Source: Candidatus Binatia bacterium (GTDB lineage: Bacteria > Desulfobacterota > Binatia > Bin18). Taken from it: 64,000 nucleotides of DNA. A program made the translations under genes and the position numbers. Positions 1 through 9,045 of this stretch are shown in pieces. Numbering within the stretch: the first letter of the stretch is position 1; every line of letters begins with the position of its first letter. The stretch covers positions 2,080,001-2,144,000 of the forward strand of contig OY761159.2 in the NCBI GenBank assembly GCA_963664395.2. The letters run 5' to 3'. Under the pieces are notes generated by a model that saw nothing but the letters and a program-made list of their open reading frames with translations, did no database searches and was not told the DNA's origin.

Positions 1-82
1 CGCGTCCATCGCCAAGACCGTGGTGCGTGTAGACGCCGCGACTAACGCAGAGATGTTGTCCTTTGTACTGCCCGATCTGCAT
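1..82 (-). CDS. LRAT (lecithin:retinol acyltransferase)/NlpC-P60-like family protein, 5' part only (runs off window)
   Basis: Manual translation from ATG at 82: MQIGQYKGQHLCVSRGVYTHHGLGDGR, matching the LRAT-family N-terminal G(D/Q)HLxxxRxxYTHHG motif. Strong RBS (AAGGAGGA) upstream. Not in the ORF track. Confidence 0.7.
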   Translation of the reverse strand, partial: MQIGQYKGQHLCVSRGVYTHHGLGDGR

Positions 83-154
83 GAGTTGTCCTCCTTCAGT
101 GCAATGAACCCTTGTGTACCGCCCACTCGCTAGAATTGTCCTTCTCAGCTTCCT

Positions 155-2422
155 TCACATTCTCAACCGCCAGGGAATAGCGGCGAAAAAACTTTTCAAC
201 TCCTCATAGCGTTTCAGACGCTGTTCGAGAACCCGAAGGTCTTCTTGTGGGCCTCCGAAGGCAACTTTCAGCTCTTTGATGTGATTCTTGTATTGCTCAT
301 CAAGGCTGTCCGCAGCTTTTTGAAAGGCTTCCAGTGTTTCGTCCCAAAACTTCCTAACTGTCCCTTCAAGAGTCGACAAAACTCGTTCTTCAACAAACAA
401 TTCTCTAATTTTTTTGGCTAAACGATACTGCCAATTGCCTGCGAAAATCCGCCATACCAGTGCCCCGACTCCAACAGCTATTGCTAACCCCAAAGTAATC
501 GGCCCCCCCAAAGTGGCGACAATTGAGGTCACGCCAGCCGCTCCAGCCGCCGACGCGGAAGAGAGGCCTAATGCAGCGGCCGCCTTGGCAACTATGACAT
601 ACCCACCAAGATTTCCTAACGTGGCAGCCCAGGCTCCGAGCGCCCCAAGCGTTCCCAGCCCGGCTAACCCGCCAAGAAATGCTGCCTTTGCGTCAAATGA
701 AAACCCAGACTCTCCCGGTGCCGCATCGCTAAACTCTTCCATTTGCTCATCATAATCTTGCACGAACTTCTCAATGAGGTCCCGAGTATCGTCAATCAGT
801 CCAGAGCGAAAACGTGCTGTCTTGGATTGAATCTCTTCCAGGACATAGGAGGCCGCATACTTCTGCGCGGCCTTTTTATCGCTATAGCGCTGTTCAATCA
901 TCGCTTCCAAGTTTTCAATTTGCGTTTCATTCTCAAAGACTGCTCGTAGGTGTTCGAGGTCTCGTTCCTTAAAGGCTGTTATTTTCTGTCTTGTGTTCTT
1001 GACCTGTGCGCCGTGCTCCTTTTTTCTTACGGGCTCCGCCTTCTCCAACCTCTCAAGGAGACTCTTCGCCTCGCTTTTGTCTCTCAGGATTTTTTCATAT
1101 CGACCGACCTGCTTTGCGTAAGTGGCGGTTCCTTGCTCCTTAAACGAGAGAATCTCTTTTTCTATGCACTTCTCTCTAATGGACGGCATGTGTGTCCCAA
1201 GGAGAGCGTGCATCTCATCCTCTAGCTTTTTCCGCCGTACGGGAAGTTCCTGCCAGAAGCTACAAAAACGGGCTTCAACGTCCTCAAGTTGCACTGTCCG
1301 TTTAAGTTGAGGTTCTAAATCTTTGAGGAGGTTCTTTCTGAAGTGTTCATACAGACCTCGTGATCCACCTTCTAGTATCTCCTTATTGAGTTGGTCAGTT
1401 GTGATGTCCCGATGGGCATGCGAGGCAACGATGAAAAGGTTCCCAAGCGTGGGAAAATTCTTGTCAACTGCTTCATAGTGAGGAAGGTTACGTAATAAGC
1501 TACTAAGACGTGAAAAATCTCCACCATCAATAAACCCTTGAGCCCGGCATATGTATAATAAAACAGATGCTTGACGCCCTACCTTATCGATAAGCGTCTC
1601 CTTGGTCTGCTTGTCGTCATAGCCAGGCAAATCCACGAGGACGCAGGAGTGGAGCAGCGGGGCGTCAGTAAAGGCTAAGACGGCTCCTTCTTCACTGCCC
1701 TGATACCCTGCCACCCACGGAGTGGAGCTTGGGTCAACAGAACTGTCCCCTTTTACGACTTTCAGCGTCGCGTATTTTTCAAGCGTATCCCAGCTCCCGG
1801 CCAGGACGCGGTTTTGTGTACAGTGCTGTTCGTCCTGCCATTTCTCAGGCTCAAAATTTTGTCCCATAAGCCACAAGTCTTCCTTAAACCACTCGGGGCG
1901 ATCTGAAACATGATGTACAAAGGTCGGGTATTTGGTGGTTGGCCGGTAGCTGGCTGGCAGGAATCGCCCTCCCAGATAGAAGTTACAGAGATGGGATTTC
2001 CCGGCATCAAAATGACCGGTAACGGCGACCCACGGTTTTTCCTTGAGAGCCACTACACGGTCACGGAATTGTGCAACGGTCGGGCTGATAGATTCGTTAC
2101 TATGTTCCTCCGGGTTGGGAAATCGGTCTATGTATTGAAGAAGCAGATTCAGGTCTTCGGTCAGAGATGAATAGAGGCTTTCATCAAAGTTGAAACTTGC
2201 CTTTTCATTATCTCCCCCATCTCCCCCACCCGCCGCGGCTAGGAATTCCTCAGTCGTGACTCCGAGCAACTGTGCCCACGGATTTACTAGGCGAATAGGT
2301 ACGTCGCCGGTTTCCTCATACTTGGAGACCTGGCCCTGTGTTATGCCAAGCTGCTGAGCGAGAGCAGCCTGGGTCAGTCCCGCTTGCTTCCGAAGTTCCG
2401 CTAGTCTGGATTTTGAAGTCAT
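155..2422 (-). CDS. XRE-type HTH fused to a bacterial dynamin-like GTPase with C-terminal hydrophobic hairpin
   Basis: N-terminal HTH (RLAELRKQAGLTQAALAQQLGITQGQVSKYE), G1 GHFDAGKS, G2 PTT, G3 DLPG, degenerate G4 (VASHAH), coiled coils and a Gly/Ala-rich membrane paddle. Confidence 0.85.
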   Translation of the reverse strand: MTSKSRLAELRKQAGLTQAALAQQLGITQGQVSKYEETGDVPIRLVNPWAQLLGVTTEEFLAAAGGGDGGDNEKASFNFDESLYSSLTEDLNLLLQYIDRFPNPEEHSNESISPTVAQFRDRVVALKEKPWVAVTGHFDAGKSHLCNFYLGGRFLPASYRPTTKYPTFVHHVSDRPEWFKEDLWLMGQNFEPEKWQDEQHCTQNRVLAGSWDTLEKYATLKVVKGDSSVDPSSTPWVAGYQGSEEGAVLAFTDAPLLHSCVLVDLPGYDDKQTKETLIDKVGRQASVLLYICRAQGFIDGGDFSRLSSLLRNLPHYEAVDKNFPTLGNLFIVASHAHRDITTDQLNKEILEGGSRGLYEHFRKNLLKDLEPQLKRTVQLEDVEARFCSFWQELPVRRKKLEDEMHALLGTHMPSIREKCIEKEILSFKEQGTATYAKQVGRYEKILRDKSEAKSLLERLEKAEPVRKKEHGAQVKNTRQKITAFKERDLEHLRAVFENETQIENLEAMIEQRYSDKKAAQKYAASYVLEEIQSKTARFRSGLIDDTRDLIEKFVQDYDEQMEEFSDAAPGESGFSFDAKAAFLGGLAGLGTLGALGAWAATLGNLGGYVIVAKAAAALGLSSASAAGAAGVTSIVATLGGPITLGLAIAVGVGALVWRIFAGNWQYRLAKKIRELFVEERVLSTLEGTVRKFWDETLEAFQKAADSLDEQYKNHIKELKVAFGGPQEDLRVLEQRLKRYEELKSFFAAIPWRLRM

Positions 2423-2452
2423 GACCGCCCTTTCTCTATCTGGAATAGGGCG

Positions 2453-2504
2453 AATATAAATATCAAAATAATTCTTGTCAAGTTTTTATAGAGAAAATAA
2501 TTCT
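2453..2504 (-). promoter_or_regulatory. sigma70-type promoter of the HTH-dynamin gene with a candidate operator repeat
   Basis: Minus strand TTGACA (2476-2481), 17 nt, TATATT (2453-2458). Direct repeat AAAATAATTCT at 2465-2475 and 2494-2504. Confidence 0.6.
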
Positions 2505-2697
2505 AATATAGATATTTTAGTTAAATTTATACTGAGGTAGAGGGGTGCAATAGAATGGCCGCTCTGCGGTAATCCGTCGAGCCGTGACAGACTATTTATG
2601 CAATAAGCACCGGGAGGCGATTGCAGCAGCCTACCAACATGGCTATGGCAAACACTCGGAAGACTCAGACTTTGATGGCTGGGCGGATCAAGGTCTT

Positions 2698-3966
2698 TCA
2701 AGCCGAACGCCGTAAGCGGCCGGCCTTCCAGAGCAGGCTCAGCAGCATGACCCAGAATACCTGGGCACCAATAGCCGCGGCCCACAGAAACCAGGCCAGC
2801 TTGCCGGCAAGGGCACACAGCAGCACGAGCAGAGAATAATCGCGGCTGGTCAGCCCGGCGACCATCTTTTCAAGCCAGACATCTTCCCAGCCGCCACGCG
2901 CCCGGCCCTGTTCTTGTGTTTTTTCAGCTCGCGTCACTAATGGGAACGAAATGAACGCGGCGGCGGCCAGCAGACCGCCGAGCAGCGGAGCGGCGGCAAT
3001 CGCGTCCTGTTTCCACACAGCCACCCCGACCCCGAGAAAAATTGCGATATGGACAACCGTATCCAGGCTGATGTCGAGCCACTCCCCCAGCGGCGATTCC
3101 AGCATTTTGACTCGCGCCACCTCACCGTCCACGCAATCCAGGACCGTCGAAAACTGAAGCAGCAGCGCCCCCAGCACTGTCCCCCCATAACTGCCAAGCA
3201 GAAAGCAGCTCGCGCCAAGAAGTCCGGTCAGACATGAAAGGACGGTAATCTGATTGGGCGTCAACGGGGTGCGGAGAAAAAGGCGGGTGAGCAGCCGGGA
3301 GCAGGTACGATTGAGATAGGCATCAACCAGACCGTCATGCGGGTTTTCCAAGGTGAGGAGAAAGGCTTGCTCAATCGCACCATAGTCGTCGTGTTGGGTC
3401 AAACGATGCAAGAAGTGCGGACTCGGGGACAGGACCGGAAGCTGTTCGGGGTGCTCTGCCGGCAGGCTTTCCTCCTGCGTCCAGGCCATCACCAGCGAAG
3501 AGAGTTGCGCCAGCGGGACAACCGCCAGGGTTGCATGATTGAGCCCGCCCCGTACCAGCCAGCCGTCCTCACCTGCTTGCCCCACGTCCTGAATCAAGGC
3601 TGGGCGGAAAAGCGTATCGCACGAAAAAACCAGGCAGTGTCCTGCGTCGGACCTGTCCTGAGCCGGGTCGAAGGAGTCTATACTTGAGCCCTCACCCCTG
3701 TCCCTCTCCCAAAGGGAGAGGGGTTCTGACGGAGGAAGCGGACCGTGCGGAGTGATCCACACAATGTCCGCGGTCAGTCGCGTGTCATTCTCCAGCGAAC
3801 GTTGCAGCACTTCTGCCTCTTCATTCCGCGCCAATACGTAGCAGACCCGTGCGCCGGCTCGCTGGGCAGTCAGCAGCGCGCGTTTCAGCAGCGAGAGACC
3901 TCCAAATTGTGTCAGCGGGGAAAGGGCTCCTACTCCTCCGGTTGAGATAACGGCAGAGTTCACCAT
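2698..3966 (-). CDS. CDP-alcohol phosphatidyltransferase with degenerate N-terminal NTP-transferase-like domain
   Basis: Motif DCVDGEVARVKMLESPLGEWLDISLD, TPNQIT and several TM helices. Start placed at ATG 3966 (MVNSAVIS). Confidence 0.85.
   Translation of the reverse strand: MVNSAVISTGGVGALSPLTQFGGLSLLKRALLTAQRAGARVCYVLARNEEAEVLQRSLENDTRLTADIVWITPHGPLPPSEPLSLWERDRGEGSSIDSFDPAQDRSDAGHCLVFSCDTLFRPALIQDVGQAGEDGWLVRGGLNHATLAVVPLAQLSSLVMAWTQEESLPAEHPEQLPVLSPSPHFLHRLTQHDDYGAIEQAFLLTLENPHDGLVDAYLNRTCSRLLTRLFLRTPLTPNQITVLSCLTGLLGASCFLLGSYGGTVLGALLLQFSTVLDCVDGEVARVKMLESPLGEWLDISLDTVVHIAIFLGVGVAVWKQDAIAAAPLLGGLLAAAAFISFPLVTRAEKTQEQGRARGGWEDVWLEKMVAGLTSRDYSLLVLLCALAGKLAWFLWAAAIGAQVFWVMLLSLLWKAGRLRRSA
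3652..3723. repeat. Two palindromic repeat units lying in frame inside the CDP-alcohol phosphatidyltransferase gene
   Basis: 3652-3674 is the reverse complement of CCTTCGACccgGCTCAGGACAGG (21/23 identical to 18952-18974). 3689-3723 CCCTCACCCCTGTCCCTCTCCCAAAGGGAGAGGGG is the same family as 18937-18995 and 36992-37010. Confidence 0.75.
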
Positions 3967-4085
3967 ACGTGACCCAAACCGATATATACGGATGTTCCTG
4001 CTGACAAGCACGGCGGTCCTATGATTGCCTCGCATTTCTCGAACACTTACGATGCAGTCAGAATGCGTATGGAGAAAGGTCTTCT

Positions 4086-4877
4086 ATGAAGCAACGGTGC
4101 TCTGTGTCTTACTTGGTAGTGTACGGGCTGAGTTGCAGCCTGCTCCTGGTATCGTGCGGTACGGAGAAAAAGGACTTTATGGCCTCGGCGAAAGCGCTTG
4201 AAGGCCGGACGTTGTTTGCTCCGGCTATGGGCCAGTATGAGGAGGCAATCAAAGAGAACCCCGATAATGCCGAAGCCCATTATCGAATTGGGGCCTTGGC
4301 CAACGAGATTGGCAACAGTAATTTTGCAGCCCAAAAGTTTCGCGAGGCGCTGAATATCGATGCCAATCATCCAGGCGCGAAACGGGCGCTGACGACCTAC
4401 CATATCAATCGCGGGACAATTGCCCGGCAGCAAGGCCGGCTGAGCGACGCCCGCAGCGAGTTACAAGCGGCCGTGCGTATTGATCCGAGTTCAAGCCTTG
4501 CCCAGCTTGAACTCGGACGGGTCCATGAAGCCGATGGGCATCCGAACGACGCCATGCAGGCTTATGTGGCTTCGGCGGAGGCTGATCCGCAAAACAGTGC
4601 CACCCAACTGGCACTCGGACAGGGCTATCTTGCCCAAACGCAGTACGCTGAGGCAGTGGCTGCGTTTAACGCTGTGCTGGATGCCAATCCGGACAGGGCA
4701 GAAGCCCATACCGGTCTGGGAGAAGCCTATTTTCACCAAGGCAGGACACAGGAAGCAAAGCAATCCTTTGAGCAGGCCATTCGGCGCTACCTGCTCAAAG
4801 GGCGGCGGGACCTGGCGAAGCAGGTCAAAGAGACATCAGACGCCCTCTTACCGCCAACCTCAGGAATAACAAAATGA
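4086..4877 (+). CDS. TPR-repeat lipoprotein
   Basis: Lipobox LVS-C and multiple TPR repeats (AEAHYRIG, AQLELG, AEAHTGLGEAY). Confidence 0.85.
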   Translation: MKQRCSVSYLVVYGLSCSLLLVSCGTEKKDFMASAKALEGRTLFAPAMGQYEEAIKENPDNAEAHYRIGALANEIGNSNFAAQKFREALNIDANHPGAKRALTTYHINRGTIARQQGRLSDARSELQAAVRIDPSSSLAQLELGRVHEADGHPNDAMQAYVASAEADPQNSATQLALGQGYLAQTQYAEAVAAFNAVLDANPDRAEAHTGLGEAYFHQGRTQEAKQSFEQAIRRYLLKGRRDLAKQVKETSDALLPPTSGITK

Positions 4878-4925
4878 GGTCCTCACCGCATAAGGAGGAC
4901 GGCTTTCTGTCGGGACGATATGCGT

Positions 4926-5726
4926 CTAGGTATATCGCTGCAAAAACGAGACAGCCGCCCGATTGAACGTGTCCGACGCTTCAAGATTGACGGCGTGCCC
5001 GGCTGCGGCCTCAACGATTTCCAAATGTGGCAGGGTCTGCTCGGCAAAGCGGCGGCGCGGCGTAAAGCGCTCTTCCTGCGTGCCGCACACGAGCAGGGTC
5101 GGGACCCGATTGGTTTTCATCAATGCCGGCTCAATCGGGTCGGCGAGCGAGGTATAGCGCGCAGTATAAGCGGCACCGAGCGGGTCGTGCAGGGTCGCGT
5201 CCATACACAGCGCCTGTTTGAATTCCGGTGCCAGACGGCGCGCATTCTTTGGATGAACGGCTATTCTTTCGAGCGCAGCAGCCCCATCACGCTTCACCAG
5301 AGCAATCAGTTTGTCCGTCCCCGGACGCACCTCTTGCACCCACTCCACACTACTGAACGCAGTAGAGGAATTTGTCACAAGGTGAGCCAGGACTCGGTCC
5401 GGATGAGCCAGGGCATAGCGCAGGGTCAATCCAGCGCCAAGAGACTGACCAATGACAAACCAGTGTTCCACTCCGAGCGCTTCACGAATGTGTTCAAACG
5501 CCTCCACATACCGCTCCGGGGCATAGGCGTGGGGGTCTTGGGGGGCGGGCGAACGACCGTGGCCGAACAGCTCAACAATCACAGGGCGGCACACTATGGA
5601 AAGCGCCTCCAGATTAGGCAGCCACTGGGCCCGGCTTGAGAGAAAGCCGTGCAGCATCAGCGCATACGGCCCCTGCCCTTCTCGGACTTCGTAGTACGGC
5701 AGCAACATGGCTGGTTTTCTTATCAT
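4926..5726 (-). CDS. alpha/beta fold hydrolase (MenH-like)
   Basis: LHGF, GHGRS, GQSLG nucleophile elbow, AGH catalytic His. Confidence 0.85.
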   Translation of the reverse strand: MIRKPAMLLPYYEVREGQGPYALMLHGFLSSRAQWLPNLEALSIVCRPVIVELFGHGRSPAPQDPHAYAPERYVEAFEHIREALGVEHWFVIGQSLGAGLTLRYALAHPDRVLAHLVTNSSTAFSSVEWVQEVRPGTDKLIALVKRDGAAALERIAVHPKNARRLAPEFKQALCMDATLHDPLGAAYTARYTSLADPIEPALMKTNRVPTLLVCGTQEERFTPRRRFAEQTLPHLEIVEAAAGHAVNLEASDTFNRAAVSFLQRYT

Positions 5727-5735
5727 AAGTGGCGC

Positions 5736-5803
5736 TCACCCCAAGATTTACCCCCAAGATTCACCCCTAAGATTCACCCCAAGATTCACCCCTAAGATTC
5801 ACC
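5736..5803. repeat. 12-13 bp tandem repeat, about 5.4 copies (TCACCCC(T)AAGAT)
   Basis: Read directly. The array includes the stop codon of the 5799 gene. Confidence 0.9.
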
Positions 5804-6314
5804 ATTGTTGAACGGGCGATTCAGGCGACTGCGGACAGACACCGGGACACTCCTCCTGCTGAGGAAAATCAGGCAAGCCCTCAATCGAAACAGGGTTCAC
5901 CGCACTGAGCATAAAGGTGCGCCTTTTATAATACAGTCGGCCTTCAAAGCGCAGGGGCAGCCCTTCGGCGGCGTCACTTTGAAGGTATTCCATAATCGAG
6001 TCCGGACCAACAAAGAAGAGAAAGCGCCCAAAATGGCGGAGCGCAGCCGGATCATGGTTTCCTGCCGTCCGCACCTCGACGTCTCGGATGCGCATTTTCC
6101 ATACTTCGCCGTCCATACTAATTTCAAAGTACGGATACAGCTCGCTGATCTCATCGTCCGGGCGAATTAACACGCCAGTCAACATCATGGGGACGCTTTG
6201 CGCGGATGCGCTTAGCGCCTCAGACAGGAGGAGAATGACGATAAGGAGTAAACAAGCGGTCCAATGAGTAAACGCGCCCTCCACAGACATACAGATGTTG
6301 GCACGTTTACTCAT
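5799..6314 (-). CDS. Hypothetical exported protein
   Basis: Signal-peptide-like hydrophobic stretch ending ALSASA-Q. Start uncertain; ATG at 6314 lies inside a palindromic element. Confidence 0.6.
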   Translation of the reverse strand: MSKRANICMSVEGAFTHWTACLLLIVILLLSEALSASAQSVPMMLTGVLIRPDDEISELYPYFEISMDGEVWKMRIRDVEVRTAGNHDPAALRHFGRFLFFVGPDSIMEYLQSDAAEGLPLRFEGRLYYKRRTFMLSAVNPVSIEGLPDFPQQEECPGVCPQSPESPVQQW

Positions 6315-6316
6315 TG
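6262..6316. repeat. About 55-bp palindromic element (GAGTAAACG...CGTTTACTC family), copy 1
   Basis: CAATGAGTAAACGCGCC-N21-GGCACGTTTACTCATTG. Related copies at 18408-18459, 19983-20035 and 63461-63516, half-site at 13130-13145. Confidence 0.8.
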
Positions 6317-6440
6317 TCGCATACACCCTCTTTGTCTTCGTAGCGCGCCTGGTGAAGAGAGGAAAAGAATAAGGAAATACTATGGTCACAGGTCTGGATT
6401 CTGTTACAAGGCAGAGGAATCATACGTGCAAGGAGCGTCT

Positions 6441-6848
6441 ATGAATACCGAACACCTCAAGAGTGGCCTCAACACCGAAGGCGCGGCGGTCCTGTATTGG
6501 GTTTGCCTGATGATTGGTGTCCTCATGTGGACGATTGGAGAACTCACTACGACTTCACACCTCCGAGAGATAGCACGCAATGTTGAGGAGCTGAAGTCTC
6601 TTGTAGAGCAAGTACGGGAACAGACCGAGTGTGTGGAAATGGCGCAAGAGACCGACCAGAAGCGAAACGTATCCAGCCAGACGCACTATAGGGAAGACAG
6701 AGAGCACCCTCCACGCATAGACGCGGACAGTGCTCTTCCCGTATGTTGTGCGCCTATTCAACACACCTGGAAGAAGGACGCACAGTATGCACTTATACGA
6801 TTTTCCGCAGTCGCCCAACTGTCGTCGGGTGCGGATGTATCTGGCTGA
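6441..6848 (+). CDS. Possible small membrane protein (one TM plus short coiled coil)
   Basis: RBS AGGAG before ATG 6441, TM segment AAVLYWVCLMIGVLMW. The 3' end overlaps the GST gene by about 60 bp, so doubtful. Confidence 0.3.
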   Translation: MNTEHLKSGLNTEGAAVLYWVCLMIGVLMWTIGELTTTSHLREIARNVEELKSLVEQVREQTECVEMAQETDQKRNVSSQTHYREDREHPPRIDADSALPVCCAPIQHTWKKDAQYALIRFSAVAQLSSGADVSG

Positions 6849-7392
6849 AAAAGGGATCGATATCGCACTCAAGTCGCTTGACTTGTCTGCCGGGGAGCAG
6901 AGAATGTCCGGATTTCTCCTCAAGAACCCATTTGGCGCAGTCCCGCTCCTTGAACTTGACGATGGTTCAGTCATTCCGGAATCGCTGGCCATTATCGAGT
7001 ATCTGGAAGAGCTGCACCCCGACCCGCCGCTGTGTGGCACGACGCCATTTGAACGAGCCCAGGTTCGGGCGTGGGAGCGCCGAGCGGAGTTTGGCGTGTT
7101 GCTCCAGGGCACCCGACGCTTTTTGCATACCAACCCGTTTTTTGCCTCGCGGGTCGAACAAAGTCCAAAAGTTGCGGAGGAAGCCGGTCAGGTGCTCACC
7201 GACCGGCTCTCCCTCTTCAATACTCATTTGAAAGACAACGAGTGGCTGGCCGGCGCGTGCTCGGTAGCAGACATCACTCTGTTTGTTTCCACTGAATTTG
7301 CTGCCAGGTCAAACTTTCAACTTGATCCCGCCTGGGAGCACCTGCAGCGCTGGTATGGAGCTATCAAGAAACGGCCGAGCGCAGAGGCATGA
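6787..7392 (+). CDS. Glutathione S-transferase family protein
   Basis: SPNCRRVRMYLAEKG, NPFGAVPLL, ESLAIIEYLEE, SVADI. Confidence 0.9.
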   Translation: MHLYDFPQSPNCRRVRMYLAEKGIDIALKSLDLSAGEQRMSGFLLKNPFGAVPLLELDDGSVIPESLAIIEYLEELHPDPPLCGTTPFERAQVRAWERRAEFGVLLQGTRRFLHTNPFFASRVEQSPKVAEEAGQVLTDRLSLFNTHLKDNEWLAGACSVADITLFVSTEFAARSNFQLDPAWEHLQRWYGAIKKRPSAEA

Positions 7393-7447
7393 CGGTCCGG
7401 CGTGCGCCGAAGGTGCGCTCTGTCTGCTCAAGAAAGGGAGGATTGCT

Positions 7448-7984
7448 ATGTCTCCATCCGAACTCTTTCACACTGACCACCTGAAAAGTGCGGTCATCCC
7501 GGGCTCTGTCCCGCTGGAAACGACCAATCCTGATTTCGAGACCTTTGAGGTCCTGGGCGTTGATCACCTTGATCTGACGGTGACGGATTTGAGCCGTTCT
7601 TTGCCCTTTTATACAAAGATTCTTGGCGCGCTGGGATTTCGCAAGCTCGTCCATCCGCATTACAACGGCTTCCATAACGCCCACTTGATTATCGGCATCA
7701 AGGCAGCCGCGGCAGAAGAAAAAGCAGCCGGCCATAACCGCTTTCGCGCCGGACTGCACCACCTGGCGCTCAAAGCCAAGCGCAAGGCAGATGTGGACCG
7801 CTTCCACGATTTTCTGGTTGCCGAAGGCATGCCTGTCCTTGATCCGCCAGCGGATTATCCCGAATACGGCCCACATTATTACGCCGTATTCTTTGCTGAC
7901 CCGGACGGCGTGAAGTTAGAGTTGGTGCACTATCCTGTGCCGTGGAGCTATTGGCGAGACACGCAAATGGCAGGCAATGGCTAG
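7448..7984 (+). CDS. VOC/glyoxalase family protein
   Basis: DHLDLTV, GLHHLAL, YYAVFFADPDGVKLELV. RBS GGGAGG. Confidence 0.85.
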   Translation: MSPSELFHTDHLKSAVIPGSVPLETTNPDFETFEVLGVDHLDLTVTDLSRSLPFYTKILGALGFRKLVHPHYNGFHNAHLIIGIKAAAAEEKAAGHNRFRAGLHHLALKAKRKADVDRFHDFLVAEGMPVLDPPADYPEYGPHYYAVFFADPDGVKLELVHYPVPWSYWRDTQMAGNG

Positions 7985-7987
7985 GTC

Positions 7988-8027
7988 CCAATACTCCCCA
8001 ATACCCCCCAATAACCTCCAATAACTC
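7988..8027. repeat. 10-bp imperfect tandem repeat x4 (CCAATAnnnn)
   Basis: Directly after the VOC gene stop codon. Confidence 0.8.
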
Positions 8028-8043
8028 CATTGAGAGGACACGC

Positions 8044-9039
8044 ATGACCACAGTGAGTATTTCGTTTGCAGGCGCCTCCGGGCTGACCGGCTTTCCGGAT
8101 TTCCCCGTGACGCTCGCCAGTCAGTTGCAAGAAGAATTTCCCCAAGCACACATCAATCTGATCCAAGACCCGGACCGGCGGCTGGCCGCACTCGCTGAGA
8201 CGGACGTGCTGTACGCCGTGCGGTTTAGCAAAAAGGACTTCGCCGCCGCCAAGCAGCTCAAATGGCTCCACCTCACTTCAGCCGGGGCCACGCATGTCTT
8301 GTTTCCGGAAATGATCGAGAGCGATATCGTTGTCACCAACTCGCGCGGCCTGTACGGCATTCCGATTGCCGAGCATGTGCTGGGTGTAATGCTCATGTTT
8401 GCCCGGCGCTTTCATGAGGCGTATCCCTTACAACGCGAAGGCAAGTGGGCCCGCCCGGAAATGCTCAGCCGCTTTGCGCTGATTGCCGAGCTGCATAGTC
8501 GGACCGTTGGCATTATCGGGCTGGGCAGTATTGGCCTGGCCGTGGCCGAACGCTGTAAGGCACTGGGCATGCGGGTTGTCGCCAACAAACGCCGAGGTGG
8601 AGACAAGCCGGCCTGTGTCGATGAACTCTTCGGCCCCAACGATCTGCCCCAACTCTTGGAGCAGTCGGACTATATTGTCATTGCCGCGCCGTTGACGCCG
8701 GAGACACAGGGCATGATCGGAGAGCAGGAACTCCGGCTGATGAAGCCCAGCGCTTTTATTCTGAATGTCGGACGCGGAGCGATCATTCAGGAAGCCGCCT
8801 TAATCCAAGCCCTCAAAGAAGACCGTCTCGGCGGCGCAGGGCTGGATGTCACCGACCCCGAGCCGCCGGAGGCGGACAGCGAGTTGTTTCACCTGCCGAA
8901 CGTCATTCTCACGCCCCATTATTCCGGCATTCGCTCACACTATTGGGAGCATTCGGTTGCGTTGTTCCGACCGATTCTCGGCCAGTATTTACGCGGCGAA
9001 CCGATGGATAACGTCGTGGACAAACGCGGCGGGTATTAG
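8044..9039 (+). CDS. D-2-hydroxyacid dehydrogenase (NAD-dependent)
   Basis: GIIGLGSIG, PLTPET, NVGRG, LDVTDPEP, TPH. Confidence 0.9.
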   Translation: MTTVSISFAGASGLTGFPDFPVTLASQLQEEFPQAHINLIQDPDRRLAALAETDVLYAVRFSKKDFAAAKQLKWLHLTSAGATHVLFPEMIESDIVVTNSRGLYGIPIAEHVLGVMLMFARRFHEAYPLQREGKWARPEMLSRFALIAELHSRTVGIIGLGSIGLAVAERCKALGMRVVANKRRGGDKPACVDELFGPNDLPQLLEQSDYIVIAAPLTPETQGMIGEQELRLMKPSAFILNVGRGAIIQEAALIQALKEDRLGGAGLDVTDPEPPEADSELFHLPNVILTPHYSGIRSHYWEHSVALFRPILGQYLRGEPMDNVVDKRGGY

Positions 9040-9045
9040 GAGTTG

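Noticed and set aside
5736-5803. Possible CRISPR array
   Set aside because: Units are 12-13 bp, contiguous and have no spacers. No cas genes.
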